The translations under genes and the position numbers were made by a program. From assembly GCA_964016885.1 (NCBI GenBank), contig OZ024740.1:304234001-304298000 (forward strand): a stretch of 64,000 nucleotides of DNA, in the 5' to 3' direction. This document shows, in pieces, positions 62,168 through 64,000 of the stretch. The stretch comes from Eledone cirrhosa (lineage: Eukaryota). Positions within the stretch are counted from its first letter, which is position 1. Each line of letters opens with the position of its first letter. A model generated the notes under the pieces. That model was not told the origin of the DNA. It made no database searches and was given only the letters and a program-made list of their open reading frames with translations.

Positions 62168-64000
62168 CCCTTTCGTTACCATATTTCTAACCAAAATACG
62201 AAATATGAAATTATTTAAATTTTGTTCAAACATCGCTATAGAAAATGGGTTATTAGCTAATATTCAATTGGGTATACAACAAAATTTTACTATAGAAGAG
62301 TTGTGCACATTACTGGATTTATCAGGTGAATTTAAACACACAAAAGACAGGTGTACCATAAAGGTATAAATAAAACGAAAGACTGGAATTTGTCTGAAGA
62401 AAACTAGAAAACAAAATACACACACACCATCAACTAGATTAAATAAGCTCTCCCACATACATAGATACGCAGAAATATACAATAATGATTTACAAAAGAA
62501 ATTAATCAAAACTCGTCACTCACCTTACAGGTAAATTAAAATTACACATAAAGAAAAATAAAAACGAAGTAAATTTGAAAATATTAATAAAATAAAATCA
62601 CACATATATACAAATCAAACAATATTCCTATCATGAAAACTTGTGAAGCACCCTGCACTACATAATGCAACCTTGCAGAATGCACATTGGAAAGTTGTTT
62701 CAACAGACCTTCCACTAGGAGCTTTCCTTTTTTGATGAAGGCATTCACGACACTGCTTTTTGCGACCCTCAATCACCCCACCCACCCCCACCCCATATTT
62801 ATGGAGATCGGCTGAATTCAGAGGGATATCTCTCTGGCAGGCTTTGTTTTTTTCTCCCTACAGTTATTTATTTTTTTTAGGAATAACCAGCTCTTAATTG
62901 TGTTGCTATATCTGCTCGGAACTGCAGATGGTCGCATTGCTTTCGAGCCGGTCCCTATTTGGTATATAGTATAAACACATTAGTAATACTCATATTTACT
63001 ATATACCAAACCAGGTATCGCCACCATTTATTTCCCAATCTGCCAACTGAATAATAAGACATCTGATTCATCCGATCTACACCACCCATGTACCTGTTAT
63101 AATCGAGATTCACAAATGGGGTGCCATTTTCAACCACATGTGGCCGTGCACAGGTAGACAGAAAATTGATCTGCCTCTTATATCTGTATGCGGTTGCTAG
63201 CAAATTTCCTTTCTGCCGTTGAATTATTTCACCTTTTTTTTTTTTAATTTTGCTTTTTTTATATCCAACGGCAGTCCTTTTCTATTAGCGATCACTGTAG
63301 CACATGTACGTGTTGCCACAGTATCTAAATTCTCCGCAAGTTTGACCGAACTGAAAAACCGGTCAAAAAATAATATACGGCTCTGGTTATGGTATGGAAG
63401 TGATAAATTCCAGACCACATCATACCCTAGGCCATGCTGACTTACATAATTGTCTCTTTTGCAAGTATAAAATTCAAATCCAGAGCAGTACCCAGTATTC
63501 GATTCGCAAATCTTCCAAACTTTGAAACCCCATTTTGTGGGCTTTCCTGGCATATATTGTCGAAAACGCACTCGTCCTTTATAGCCCACCATACCCTCAT
63601 CGATAGATAAATATCGACCTCGTTTGTAAACTGTTTTATGTGTTTTGAACACAATCATTGAGGGGTCTTATTTTAAAGAAGGGATCATAGTTTGGTTCTC
63701 CACGTACTGGTGTACTGCTCGTGTCTCTTATATGTAAATATTGCGTCAATTTTAAAAACTGTGTCCTCATCATTATATTTGAGGCATATTCGTCTCCAAA
63801 GGGTTCATCGCTACTCCAGTAATTTGTAATTCTCAGTAGCTTTCTAATGCCCATAATATTTATGGCAAAATAAGCTCTAATTTCATTTAAGCTTGTGGGA
63901 AACCACAAACTATCCTTTTTTTTTTTTCGATTTGTTTACTTTCAGCGTAACGGTTTGTTTCCGCCGTAATGATTTCAGACAAGCTCATAGGAGTAAAAAG
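62168..64000 (-). mobile_element. piggyBac (PGBD4-like) DNA transposon, frameshifted, runs off window
   Basis: TTAA|CCCTTTCGTTACC terminus; catalytic motifs SIDEGM, FFDRFF, YNRYMGGVDRMNQ; KPTKWGFKVW; C-terminal CREC...CAFCKVALCSAGCFTSFH. Confidence 0.93.

Overview
AT-rich animal genomic DNA. The SINE/LINE repertoire suggests an octopod cephalopod, which is an inference. It holds three spliced host genes: the last three coding exons of glutamate-cysteine ligase catalytic subunit (GCLC, +, 378-4800); a complete 14-3-3 zeta-type gene (-, 5 coding exons 15882-20766, 252 aa, plus a probable non-coding first exon); and the first four exons of MRTO4/Mrt4 (+, 21385-59410). MRTO4 sits head-to-head with 14-3-3 across a ~340 bp promoter. 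MRTO4 intron 3 is 35.8 kb and packed with transposon debris: RTE LINEs, CR1-like fragments, several SINE families, TTAA-flanked piggyBac-type MITEs, a TA-flanked MITE and a non-autonomous Helitron. MRTO4 intron 4 holds a 5'-truncated Penelope-like element (RT + GIY-YIG) and a decayed piggyBac. The best non-obvious signals are: a minimal type I hammerhead ribozyme in the Penelope 3' region, in the host sense strand (61513-61557); a blockwise-perfect inverted repeat with ~130-150 bp arms (43801-44699); a 27-bp fold-back hairpin (23690-23747); a PHD-type C4HC3 finger inserted within an RTE reverse transcriptase; and terminal identity linking the commonest MITE to the resident piggyBac. I found no convincing wholly new multi-gene system. 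Most of the six-frame ORF track is non-coding noise. Repeat boundaries were read by eye and are approximate.
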